From assembly GCA_963771885.1 (NCBI GenBank), contig CAVYVF010000023.1, positions 256,001 to 320,000 on the forward strand: DNA of 64,000 bases, in the 5' to 3' direction. The stretch's first letter is position 1, and every line of letters begins with the position of its first letter. This document shows, piece after piece, positions 30,225 through 40,186 of the stretch. The notes under the pieces were generated by a model. It was not told where the DNA came from and ran no database searches. It saw only the letters and a program-made list of their open reading frames with translations. The position numbers and the translations under genes were made by a program. Origin of the DNA: Candidatus Bathyarchaeota archaeon (GTDB lineage Archaea > Thermoproteota > Bathyarchaeia > TCS64).

Positions 30225-30566
30225 TCACTTCGCCTTTGCTAAGTAGTCTTCGCGAGGCGGGGCGAAGGTCTCGATGAGTATGGTCTCGCCTTTACTAGTG
30301 TTTACCCAGTCGTGGCTCTCGCCTCCGGGTATCTGCCAGCTGGCGCCGGCGACGGTCTTGAACTTCTTCCCGTCGCTAGTTAGAACGCCTTCGCCCTTGA
30401 TGCATGTGCCAATCTGCTCATGGGGGTGTTTGTGATCGGGGACGACCGCGCCTGGCTGGGCGATTATGTAGGTGAGCATCGTCTTCTCGCCGCTTCCTAT
30501 GATCCTGATCTCGACGCCTGGTGCGGGCGTCATGCGTGGTGCCTTCTCCCAACTATTGGTCTTCAT
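30225..30566 (-). CDS. Cupin domain protein
   Basis: PDHKHPHEQ...IPGGESH and FAPPREDY motifs. Confidence 0.85.
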   Translation of the reverse strand: MKTNSWEKAPRMTPAPGVEIRIIGSGEKTMLTYIIAQPGAVVPDHKHPHEQIGTCIKGEGVLTSDGKKFKTVAGASWQIPGGESHDWVNTSKGETILIETFAPPREDYLAKAK

Positions 30567-30748
30567 GTCGTATCTCTGGGGGATTGTGAGGGTATAAAGG
30601 ATACTCGGCTTGTGGCTGCTACCACAATGCACGTACATTAATAGACAAAATCAGAGGCATTTAGTTCGGTTACGTGTCCGAAAAACGTCGTTTTCGCTAC
30701 ACTTTTCGTGCATGAAGATAGAGATCGGGGTGAACGTCACTGTTAGAA

Positions 30749-31417
30749 CTAGAGACTCGGCTGCTGCTCGAGCTGCTGCTGGATGAGGTCGCGTATTTCC
30801 TTGCGGACACTGTAGCGGTAGGGCATAGCGTTTGTGCTGCGGTCGACAAAGCCCGACTCATAGAGCTTCTTGAGCATGCGCGCCGTATGCTCGCGTGTTG
30901 TGCCGAGGTGCTCCCTGATCTCGGGGACGGCGCCCTCGCCTACTTCAGCGATCTTCTTCAGGGCGCTGAGCTCCGTCTCGGTTAGCTGGCTGAGTATGTT
31001 ACCCTGCTGGACGGGTATGGGTGCCACTATGTCCTGGCGGACAACAATGCGCTGCTTGGGCGCCGTGGCGAGCTTTTGGACCTCCTTGCGGAGGGACTCC
31101 ATCGAGGTCTCGTTTGTCTCGACGCGGTTCTGAAGGCTCTTGACGGCTTCGAGGCCCTTGAGTGTTGCTTCCTTTGCCTCGCCGCTGTTGCGTAGCGCCT
31201 CAGATGCGACTATCTTGGCGGTGGTCGCCTCGTTCTCAGCCTTGGCGACGTCCTGCTGGAGTCTGTTCACCTGACGCGTGAAGCCGAATGTGATGTTGCG
31301 CACTGACTCGCGGGCGTCGTCGTACTCGGTAGTGGCCTCCTGAATCTTACGATAGAAAATGATGGAGGCGGCTACGGTTACTAGGAGTAGTGCAGCCGCG
31401 GTGAATGATAACTCCAA
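30749..31417 (-). CDS. Membrane-anchored coiled-coil protein with C-terminal winged-helix DNA-binding domain
   Basis: N-terminal TM (FTAAALLLVTVAASIIFY), about 110-aa heptad stalk, LTETE...TREHTARMLKKLYESGFVDR...PYRY wHTH. Likely TTG start. Confidence 0.8.
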   Translation of the reverse strand: MELSFTAAALLLVTVAASIIFYRKIQEATTEYDDARESVRNITFGFTRQVNRLQQDVAKAENEATTAKIVASEALRNSGEAKEATLKGLEAVKSLQNRVETNETSMESLRKEVQKLATAPKQRIVVRQDIVAPIPVQQGNILSQLTETELSALKKIAEVGEGAVPEIREHLGTTREHTARMLKKLYESGFVDRSTNAMPYRYSVRKEIRDLIQQQLEQQPSL

Positions 31418-31552
31418 GGTATCGCCGTCGAGTTTGCTCTGAGTGCATTGAGGCGTGCCGTGCTTTTTACTCCTCCGGTTACCCTCGCCGGGTGGCTGCA
31501 ACCGGGGAACTGACTATTTAAAAGACTCCGCCCACCATAGCTTTGAATCCGC

Positions 31553-33874
31553 TTGGCCGCCGAGCGAGTCGAGGCAGAGGTGCACGTCACCGGGAGGGTG
31601 CAGGGGGTGGGCTTCCGCCCCTTCATCTATCGCCTCGCCGTCCGCCACGGCCTAAGTGGTTACGTCATTAACCTCGGTGACGCCGGCGTAGAAGTCGTGG
31701 TCGAAGGCGCAGCCGAGGACGTGGGCGACTTCATAAACGCAATCAAGGCCGAGGCGCCCACGGTCTCCGAGGTTAGCGGTGTACACGCCCACCACAAGCC
31801 CTACAGGGGCAGGTTCACAGGGTTCGTCATCGACAAGAGCAGGACCATAGGGCAGTCGGCCTCGGGTATCTTCCCTCCCGACATCGGCATCTGCCCCGAT
31901 TGCCTCATGGATATGGAGGACAGGAAAGGACGCTGGTTCGAGTACCCGTTCACAGCCTGCGCCTGGTGCGGGCCACGCTTCACAGGCGTTAGGGAACTCC
32001 CCTACGACAGGGAAAGGACCCACATGCGCGGCTTCCCTATGTGCGAGGACTGTGTGACCGACTACAGGAACCCACTTGACAGGCGGTTCGACGCCCAGGG
32101 GATAACCTGCAGTGTCTGCGGCCCAAAGATGAGTCTGCTCGACGCCTCGGGGCAGCGAATGGGAGTCACCGACGTCTTCTCAGAGGCCTCGAAGCTACTA
32201 AGAGAAGGGCACGTCGTCGCCGTCAAGGGCATTGGGGGCTTCCATATCGCCGCCCTAGCCACCGAGGATGACACTGTGGCAAAGCTCAGGGCACGGAAGA
32301 ACCGTCCCTACCAGCCATTCGCCCTGATGGCACCCGACATAAGCGCCGTCAGGAGATTCGCCGAACCCGACGAGAACGAGTCGAAGGCGCTAGTCTCTTG
32401 GCAGAAGCCGATAGTCCTCATCAGGAGGAAAGAGGAGGTCATTTCGGAGCTCGTCGCCCCCGGATTGAGCCGTGTTGGCGTAATGTTGCCCTACACAGGG
32501 ATACAGGTGATGCTCTTCAAGCGTCTGGGGTTGCCCGCTCTCATTATGACGAGTGGCAACAGGTCGGGATTGCCTATGGCGACGACGAACGAAGCCGCGC
32601 TGAGCGAGCTGCGGGGCATCGCCGACTATTTCCTCGTTCACGAAAGGGAGATCGTGAACAGGTGTGACGATTCGCTTTTGAGGATTAATGGAGAAAGAGT
32701 CGCCTTCATACGCAGATCGCGTGGATACGTACCTGATCCTGTGGAAATTCCAATCAAAAAAGGGGTATCATTCGCAGTCGGGACCGAGCAGAGTAACGTC
32801 GCCGCGATCACTCTCAACGGTAAATGTTATCAAACGCAATATTTAGGTGATATATCCAACCTCGAGTCCTTCGACTACGAGAAAACAGCCATCTACACTA
32901 TGCGTGACCTTCTGAAAATCACATGTAACCCCGATGTGATTGCCTGTGACCAACATCCAGGTTACATGACATCACAGTTGGCCGAGGTGATATCACAAGA
33001 GACAGGGTCGCAAATCACAAAGTCACAGCACCATCACGCCCACATAGTCTCAGTGTGCGCTGAGAACGGAGTAAAACCAGACGAAACAGTCGTGGGAATA
33101 GCGCTAGATGGTGCGGGATACGGTCCTGACGGTACGATCTGGGGTGGAGAAGTGCTAATTTCGACGTATTTTAGCTATAAAAGGGCAGGTCATCTGCAAA
33201 ATCTACCTATGCCGGGAGGCGATCAATGCGCATACAGCCCATACAGGATGCTGATCTCAGCCCTGACCCTCACCTTGAGTGACGAAGAGATACGTGATAT
33301 CACGAAGAATCACATATCACAAGCGTTAGTTAACGGTCATGATGAGCTCAACGTGATACTCCATGAGGCACGGACGAAAAACGTTTCAAAAACTTCGAGT
33401 TCTGGCCGTTATCTCGACTCAATTGCTTCACTTCTTGGCTTGACATATCGCAGAACCTACGAAGGTGAACCCGCGATGAGACTAGAGTCACTGGCTGAAC
33501 TTGGAAACCCTGAAAACATACAAATAGAACCGAAAATCAGTCTCAACAAGGATATTCGAGTGCTTAACACGGCTAATATCCTCAATTACCTGACAATATA
33601 CCAAAATAAGCTTAAAAAACAAGATATTGCGGCATTTGCCCAAAAATATCTCGCCGTTGGTATATCGAATATTGCAATCGAGATAGCACAAGCAGAACAC
33701 ATAGATACAGTGGTAATATCTGGCGGAGTCTTCGTAAACCAGTACATATCTAATACAATCGTCAAAACTCTCGAAAAAAACGGAGTAAAAGTATTAGTTA
33801 ATAAAAAAACCGCACCTGGAGATGGTGGTTCAGCTTTAGGACAATCGTGTATAGCCCTTGCATCTGTGATTTAG
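31553..33874 (+). CDS. hypF: Hydrogenase maturation carbamoyltransferase HypF
   Basis: GRVQGVGFRP acylphosphatase domain, two CxxC zinc fingers, KGIGGFH, QHHHAH and PGDGGSALGQ motifs. Confidence 0.95.
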   Translation: MAAERVEAEVHVTGRVQGVGFRPFIYRLAVRHGLSGYVINLGDAGVEVVVEGAAEDVGDFINAIKAEAPTVSEVSGVHAHHKPYRGRFTGFVIDKSRTIGQSASGIFPPDIGICPDCLMDMEDRKGRWFEYPFTACAWCGPRFTGVRELPYDRERTHMRGFPMCEDCVTDYRNPLDRRFDAQGITCSVCGPKMSLLDASGQRMGVTDVFSEASKLLREGHVVAVKGIGGFHIAALATEDDTVAKLRARKNRPYQPFALMAPDISAVRRFAEPDENESKALVSWQKPIVLIRRKEEVISELVAPGLSRVGVMLPYTGIQVMLFKRLGLPALIMTSGNRSGLPMATTNEAALSELRGIADYFLVHEREIVNRCDDSLLRINGERVAFIRRSRGYVPDPVEIPIKKGVSFAVGTEQSNVAAITLNGKCYQTQYLGDISNLESFDYEKTAIYTMRDLLKITCNPDVIACDQHPGYMTSQLAEVISQETGSQITKSQHHHAHIVSVCAENGVKPDETVVGIALDGAGYGPDGTIWGGEVLISTYFSYKRAGHLQNLPMPGGDQCAYSPYRMLISALTLTLSDEEIRDITKNHISQALVNGHDELNVILHEARTKNVSKTSSSGRYLDSIASLLGLTYRRTYEGEPAMRLESLAELGNPENIQIEPKISLNKDIRVLNTANILNYLTIYQNKLKKQDIAAFAQKYLAVGISNIAIEIAQAEHIDTVVISGGVFVNQYISNTIVKTLEKNGVKVLVNKKTAPGDGGSALGQSCIALASVI

Positions 33875-34775
33875 TGTGATATCACACCACTTTAAGCTTC
33901 GTCGGCCGTGCCATCAACTCGATTCCTTCAGTTAACTCATCCTCGATCCGCTTGAGCAATCGCCCTAGAAACCTTAGGACCCGATTTTTCTACAGCCGTA
34001 AGATAATCCCTCAATTTTTCGACGAGATTTTGGTACTCCTCAAAGGGTTTTGCATCGAAGACCCCAACGTAGCTAAGTAAAACTATAGTGAATATTGAAG
34101 ATATCACTCGCCTCCTTCCCTGCCCTAATGTACGGCTAAATGAGCCCCGACTCACCTTTTTGTTCCTATAAATGACCTTATTTTTAAATGGTACCTTTTC
34201 CTCAGACATTACGTCAATTAAAAGATCAATCATCAGTGTTTCAAATTGAATCTTCGTTAAATTGCTGTTTTTAAGTAACAAGTCTGTAATTGGGTCTTGA
34301 AACGCTTTTTGGATTATATTTTGGGCTTCTTCAGGTGATTCCATTGCATCGCCTCAATACAGAGTTGATTACGCCAAATGATACCATTGTATACAATACT
34401 GTATGCCGTATCAATCTTTTGTTTTCACCAGTCAACAACGTCTATTACTGCTTTAAGGAAAGCGGATCGCGTTTTCTAGGTATATAACATAAAAAATCAT
34501 TATAAATTAGCTAAAAATACATCAGGCACTGTTTAAATCCGCCAAATAACACCCTCACAAACAATGATCACTATAGAGCAATTACAGATCGACCCCGACA
34601 AAACCCTGGCAAAGATCGCTAAATTCATAAAAAATGCTTTAAAAAGAGCACACCAAGACGGTGTTGTCATAGCTGTAAGCGGCGGAATCGACTCAGCAGT
34701 AGCACTAGCCGCATCTGTAAGAGTCCTGGGACCGGACAAGATCACGGCGCTCACCCTTCCCGAACGTGATATCAC
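32987..34775. repeat. Cluster of GTGATATCAC palindromes (perfect copies at 32987, 33294, 33876, 34766)
   Basis: Read directly. Three copies extend to 12-14 bp perfect palindromes; several 7-8/10 matches lie nearby. Confidence 0.85.
33882..34344 (-). CDS. Uncharacterised HTH-like protein; C-terminus restored by removing one base near 33960
   Basis: NLTKIQFETL...VSRGSFSRTLGQGRRRV HTH-like segment followed by a hydrophobic helix; the shifted frame continues LLKRIEDELTEGIELMARPTKLKVV*. Confidence 0.65.
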
Positions 34776-35358
34776 GCCTCAGGCAGACGTACAGGATGTG
34801 ATGGAACTCTGTGAGGCATTTGAAGTCACGTGTGAGCACGTTGAAATCACGCCGATGTTACACGTGATGCGGAAAAACATCCCCAAATTCGACCCAGACG
34901 ACCGCGTCGTCTACGGAAACATGAAAGCGCGCCTTAGGATGCTCCTCGCCTACTACTACGCCAACAAACGCAAGTCCATGGTCATGGGAACATCAAATAA
35001 AACCGAGCTTTACCTAGGCTATTTCACTAAATACGGTGACGGCGGAGTCGACATCATGCCTTTCGCCGACCTCTACAAGTGCCAGATCAGGACACTGGGC
35101 AGGCACCTGGGAGTACCAAAGAGTATCACCGAAAAGCCGGCTTCGGCTCGCCTCTGGGCAGGACAGGACACAGAGAAGGACATCGGACTACCCTACAACA
35201 GCATGGACCTTATCGTCCACACCCACTTGTTGGGCTGGGAACCAGCCAAGATTGCCGCCGAGATAGGCATAGACCAGCGCAGTGTAGAGGGGATAATAAC
35301 CAGGATAGCAGCCAACAAGCACAAACGTCGCTCTCCGGCAATCTTAAGACTAAGCTAA
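34564..35358 (+). CDS. nadE: NH3-dependent NAD+ synthetase
   Basis: SGGIDS, NMKARLRM, GYFTKYGDG and PASARLW motifs. Confidence 0.95.
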   Translation: MITIEQLQIDPDKTLAKIAKFIKNALKRAHQDGVVIAVSGGIDSAVALAASVRVLGPDKITALTLPERDITPQADVQDVMELCEAFEVTCEHVEITPMLHVMRKNIPKFDPDDRVVYGNMKARLRMLLAYYYANKRKSMVMGTSNKTELYLGYFTKYGDGGVDIMPFADLYKCQIRTLGRHLGVPKSITEKPASARLWAGQDTEKDIGLPYNSMDLIVHTHLLGWEPAKIAAEIGIDQRSVEGIITRIAANKHKRRSPAILRLS

Positions 35359-35389
35359 CCCCCTACGATAACACTTAGGAGACACGTCC

Positions 35390-35641
35390 ATGGGAAGAAG
35401 AAGGAAGAAAGAAGAGAAGATCATCAGGAAGACGCTGCCGGAGCTCTTCCTCTGCCCCAACTGCGCCAAAAACTCCATAAAAGTCACCATAGATCCCAAG
35501 AACAACCTCGCCGGCATCCGCTGCAGCGCATGCGGCCTCCATGGACGAATAGTAATCGAGCCGAACACCGCCCCCGTGGACGCCTACAGCACCTTCGTCG
35601 ACAAGTACTACGAGGAAGGGGCGACCCAGAAGGTTGGCTAA
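35390..35641 (+). CDS. elf1: Transcription elongation factor Elf1
   Basis: MGRRRKK basic N-terminus, FLCPNC...CSACG zinc ribbon, PVDAYSTFVD. Confidence 0.9.
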   Translation: MGRRRKKEEKIIRKTLPELFLCPNCAKNSIKVTIDPKNNLAGIRCSACGLHGRIVIEPNTAPVDAYSTFVDKYYEEGATQKVG

Positions 35642-36377
35642 GGTAGAGGAATACCTCCAGAAGCGCATCAGGGAGGAGGGCTGCATACACATGACCCTCC
35701 TCGACCCCGAGAAAAAGTCGGGCTACGACTGCGCGGCCATCGCAAAGCAGGCCGAGACAGGTGGTACTGCAGCCATAATGGTTGGCGGGAGCACCGTCGC
35801 CTCAGGCGTCGAGATGGAGGACGCTGTCAAGCGCATCAAAGCTATAGTTAAGCTCCCCGTCATCATCTTCCCCAACAACATCGCCAGCATCACCGGAGCA
35901 GCCGACGCCATCTGGTTCATGAGCCTCCTCAACAGCTCCAACACATACTACCTCATCGACAGCCAAGCTATCGGCGCACCCATGGTGAAGAAACTCGGCA
36001 TCGAGTCTCTGCCGATGGGCTACATAATCATAGGCTACGGTGGCGCAGCAGGCTACGTCGGCCAGGCACGCGTCATCCCATACGAGCGCCCAGAACTCGC
36101 CGTCGCTTATGCTTCGGCAGCAGAGCTTCTAGGTATGCGCTACATCTACCTCGAAGCCGGCTCAGGGGCGCCACAGCCAGTAACGCCACAGATGATAGCC
36201 GCCGTCCGTAAATACTGCAGCGGCACACTCATCGTCGGCGGGGGCATACGCGACCCCAAGGCTGCGGTAGCCGCCAAGAAGGCGGGGGCACAAATAATCG
36301 TCACCGGCACGCTCGTCGAGGAAGAGGCGAAGGTCACGGAGCGCATCTCCGAGATCACCAAGGCCCTCAAGGCCTAA
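35634..36377 (+). CDS. Geranylgeranylglyceryl phosphate synthase (group II)
   Basis: HMTLLDPEK, MVGGST, FMSLLNS, YLEAGSGA and VGGGIR motifs. Confidence 0.93.
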   Translation: MAKVEEYLQKRIREEGCIHMTLLDPEKKSGYDCAAIAKQAETGGTAAIMVGGSTVASGVEMEDAVKRIKAIVKLPVIIFPNNIASITGAADAIWFMSLLNSSNTYYLIDSQAIGAPMVKKLGIESLPMGYIIIGYGGAAGYVGQARVIPYERPELAVAYASAAELLGMRYIYLEAGSGAPQPVTPQMIAAVRKYCSGTLIVGGGIRDPKAAVAAKKAGAQIIVTGTLVEEEAKVTERISEITKALKA

Positions 36378-36412
36378 GCCTATTATCCCGCCGACGCAGT
36401 TACCTTTTCGAT

Positions 36413-39400
36413 TTGAGCCAGCTCCGCATGACCCCAGAGTACAGGGCATACTTCGACGAGTTAGAGGCGAAGCTGGCTAAGCTATACGAGATCGCAGGCG
36501 AGGCGAGGAAAAAGGGCTTCGATGCCTCCACCGAGGTCGAGGCTCAGATCACGCGGGACATCGCGGAGCGAGTCGAGAAGATGCTCGGCCCACCTGGCCT
36601 CACGGCGCGCATGCGCGAGCTTGAGGGCATGGACCGCCGAGAGATGGCCTTCAAGATCGCGGAGGAGATCACCCTCGGACGCTTCGGCAGCTTAGAGAAG
36701 GAAAAGGCCGCCGACCAGGCGATACGCACCGCCCTCGCCATAATGACTGAGGGCGTAACCGTCGCCCCAATCGAGGGCCTCCCAAAGATATGCATAAAGC
36801 CCAACCCCGACCGCACACAATACCTGAGCCTCTACTTCGCCGGCCCCATACGCCCCGCCGGAGGCACAGCCCAGGCGATGACCCTCGTCGTCGCTGACCA
36901 TGTCCGCAAGAAGCTCGGCCTAGAGAAGTTCCAGCCAAGCGAGAACCAGGTCCAGCGCTTCGTCGAGGAAGTGCGCCTCTACGAGCGCACCGTTCGCCGC
37001 TTCCAGTACCACACCACCGACGAGGACCTCGAGGCAGCAATACGCCAGATACCTGTCGAGGCCACGGGAGTCGCCACCGATCCCTTCGAGGTGAGCAACT
37101 ACCGAGACGTCGCCGGTATTGAGACGAACAGGCTCCGCGGCGGCGCCCTCATCGTCGTCGTGGATGGCGTCGTTGGACGCGCAAGGAAACTCCACGGCGC
37201 CTGCGACAAGCTCGGCATCACCGGCTGGGAGTGGCTCCTCAAGATGGGGAGGAAGAAGAAGGTCGAGGGTGAGGTCAAGGCGGAGCCCACTGCCGCCTTC
37301 ATGGATGAGATAATTGTTGGTCGCCCTGTCTTCAGCTTCCCCGGGGCGATAGGGGGTTTCCGACTCCGCTACGGCAGGGCGCGCAACACGGGGCTCGCAG
37401 CCTCTGGCGTACACCCAGCAGCCATGGTCGTGCTCAACAAGTTCCTCGCCACGGGCGTTCAAATGAGAACAGAGCTACCGGGTAAGTCCGCCGCCACTTG
37501 CCCCGTCGACTCAATAGAGCCGCCAGTAGTGCGCCTCAAAGACGGCTCGGTACAGAGAGTAGAGACAGAAGCCGAGGCCGAGCTCCTCCTCCCCCAGATA
37601 AACAGGATAATCTTCCTCGGCGACTACCTCAGCAACGCCGGTGACTTCATCCAGAACAACAAGGCCCTACTCCCAACGGGGTACGACGAGAACCAGTGGG
37701 TGCAGGACCTCAACGCCTCATGCGCGAGGCTCGGCGAGGACGCCGCCATAAGCCTCACGGGGCTCCTCTCAGAGAGGATTAGGTTCCTCAAGTCGAGCCC
37801 CCTCAACCGCCCGACTGTGGATGAGGCGCTCGCAGTCACGGCTATGGACGTCCCCATACACCCGAGGTGGAACTATCACTGGTCCGCCCTCACGAAAGAC
37901 GAATCTACTAGCCTTCCGCAACACACTCGCCACCGAGTACAACCCTGAGTCCACCGAGTACCCAAACATCCCCGAGATCAAAGCGCCCCTCGAGGCACTG
38001 CTCCTGCCCCACAAGGTTCGCGGCGGCAAACTCGACCTCGGTGAGGACGCCCGCGTGTTAGCGAGGACCCTCAACCTAGGCCAGAGATACACGGAGGTCA
38101 AGGGCGAGAAGCCGATTGAGGTCGTGAACTACTTCGCCGGGTTCCCCGTACGGGAGAAGGTAGGGGTATTTGTCGGAGCCCGCATGGGGCGCCCTGAGAA
38201 GGCGAAGGAGCGTCGCATGGCCCCCTACGTCCACAGCCTCTACCCCGTCGGTGAGGCAGGCGGCCCCCAGAGGGACATACTCAAGGCAGAGAAGGGCAAA
38301 ACGGTCAGGATCGAGCTCAGTCAGCGGGAGTGCCTCACCTGTGGCGAGATAGGCAGCACCACCGTCTGCCAGAACTGCGGGGGAGAGACCAAAGAGATAC
38401 GCAGGTGCAGCCGCTGCGGACTCCGATTCGAGGGTGAGCGGTGCCCCCAGTGCCGATCCGAGATCGTCTCCTACACAGGCGTCGATGTAGACCTGAAGGA
38501 CGAGCTCGAGGCGGCGCGCAAAGCGATCGGCGGACAGCTACCGGCGCGCGTCAAGTGCGTGAAGAGGCTAATGAACGCGACGAGGACGCCAGAGAACCTC
38601 GCCAAAGGCATACTCCGTGCCCGTTACGACCTTAGCGTCTTCAAGGACGGCACGCTCCGCTTCGACCTTACCGATATACCCCTCACACACTTCAGACCCA
38701 ACGAGGTCTTCGTCCCCGTTGAGAGGCTCAGGAGCCTCGGCTACACCCATGACACGCATGGCGCACCCCTAGAGCGCCCCGACCAGATGCTTGAGCTCAA
38801 GGTGCAGGACGTAATACTCCCCGAGGACTGCGGCGACTACCTCCTCAAGGCATCCAAGTTCCTCGATGACCAGCTACGCGACTTCTACGGGATGCAGCCG
38901 TACTACAACGCAAAGAGTCGGAACGACCTCGTGGGCTGCCTGCTCCTTGGCCTGGCGCCGCACACCTCCGCCGCCATAACAGGGCGCCTCATTGGCTTCA
39001 CGAAGGTACGCAACCAGTACGCTCACCCCCTTTGGCACGCTGCGAAGAGGAGGAACTGCGACGGCGATGAGGACGCAGTCATGTTAGCGCTCGACCCGCT
39101 GCTCAACTTCAGTAAAGCCTACCTGCCACAGCAGAGCGGTGGCCAGATGGACGCGCCTCTATTTATCATCCCCACGATGAACCCGAGCGAGGTTGATAAG
39201 GAGGCGCACAACGTCGACGTGAACAGCAGCTACCCACCGGAGTTCTACAAGCTTTGCTCGGAGGGGGCGGGGAGCGGCCAGTACGGCGCCTTAGTCGACA
39301 CGATCGGGGCACGCCTCGGCACCGAGGCCCAGTTCGAGGGTATAAGTTACACCGAGGAGTGCAGCGACATAAACCTCGGCAGCTTCCACGGCGCTTATAA

Positions 39401-39851
39401 CACACTCACCACGATGGTGGAGAAGCTCGACAGCCAGCTAGAGCTCGCCCAGAAGCTACGCGCCGTCGACGCCAAGCAGGTTGCCCTTAAGATCCTCAAC
39501 AGTCACTTCATGAAGGACATCGTCGGGAACCTTCGTGCTTTCACCAGCCAGACCTTCCGCTGCACAAAGTGCAACAGGAAGTATAGGCGTCCCCCGCTCG
39601 CCGGGAAGTGCCTGCGCTGCGGCGGCACCATACAGATGACCGTCCACAAGGGCGGCATCGAGAAGTACCTCAAGCCCGCCCTCGACATGGTGAAGAAGTA
39701 CGAGCTCGACCCATACTACGTCGACCGCCTCGAGCTAGTAAAGCTGGAGATGAGCCAGATATTCGTCGAAGAGGCTGTCCCCGAGGAGACATCGAAGCAG
39801 TTCAGCCTCACCGACTTCATGCGGTCGTCTGCAAAGAAGCCCGCACAGTAA
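36413..39851 (+). CDS. polC: DNA polymerase D large catalytic subunit DP2, with an apparent +1 frameshift near 37904
   Basis: YFAGPIRPAGGT, GFRLRYGR, GARMGRPEKA, catalytic NCDGDED and C-terminal Zn finger; the two ORFs join on removing one base. Confidence 0.95.
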
Positions 39852-39891
39852 CCCTTTTAGGGGGAATTGCCTGTATCTGGGACGATAATCC

Positions 39892-40077
39892 ATGAGCGGT
39901 AGGAAGAAGAAAGATGGCTCAGCTGGAATGCCTCAAAGCAGCGCTGGACTAATGAGGTTCTTCCAGGATGAGACGAACGGCCCCAAGATCAGGCCAGAGT
40001 TCGTCGTCGGCGGCGCAGCTGTACTCATCGTCGTCGTGCTCGTCGCAAGAATATTCTTCGCCGGACTCGTCTTTTAG
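39892..40077 (+). CDS. secG: Preprotein translocase subunit Sec61beta/SecG
   Basis: SAGLMRFF...KIRPEFVV plus a single TM. Confidence 0.9.
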   Translation: MSGRKKKDGSAGMPQSSAGLMRFFQDETNGPKIRPEFVVGGAAVLIVVVLVARIFFAGLVF

Positions 40078-40186
40078 GGCGAGACTTTTAACCACCACCC
40101 GGCATACAACTTCCAGCTAGGTAGGGTCGACTCTGTCGGAAAGCCGGGAAGCAATCAGCAACATCGTCGACTACTACTCATACCTT

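Noticed and set aside
34345..34563. Canonical Cdc6 ORB boxes
   Set aside because: No TCCA-N-TGGAAA plus G-string match was recognisable.
36413..39851. Intein or genuine two-gene split in DP2
   Set aside because: No intein motifs, the total length is normal, and a single-base deletion restores the frame.
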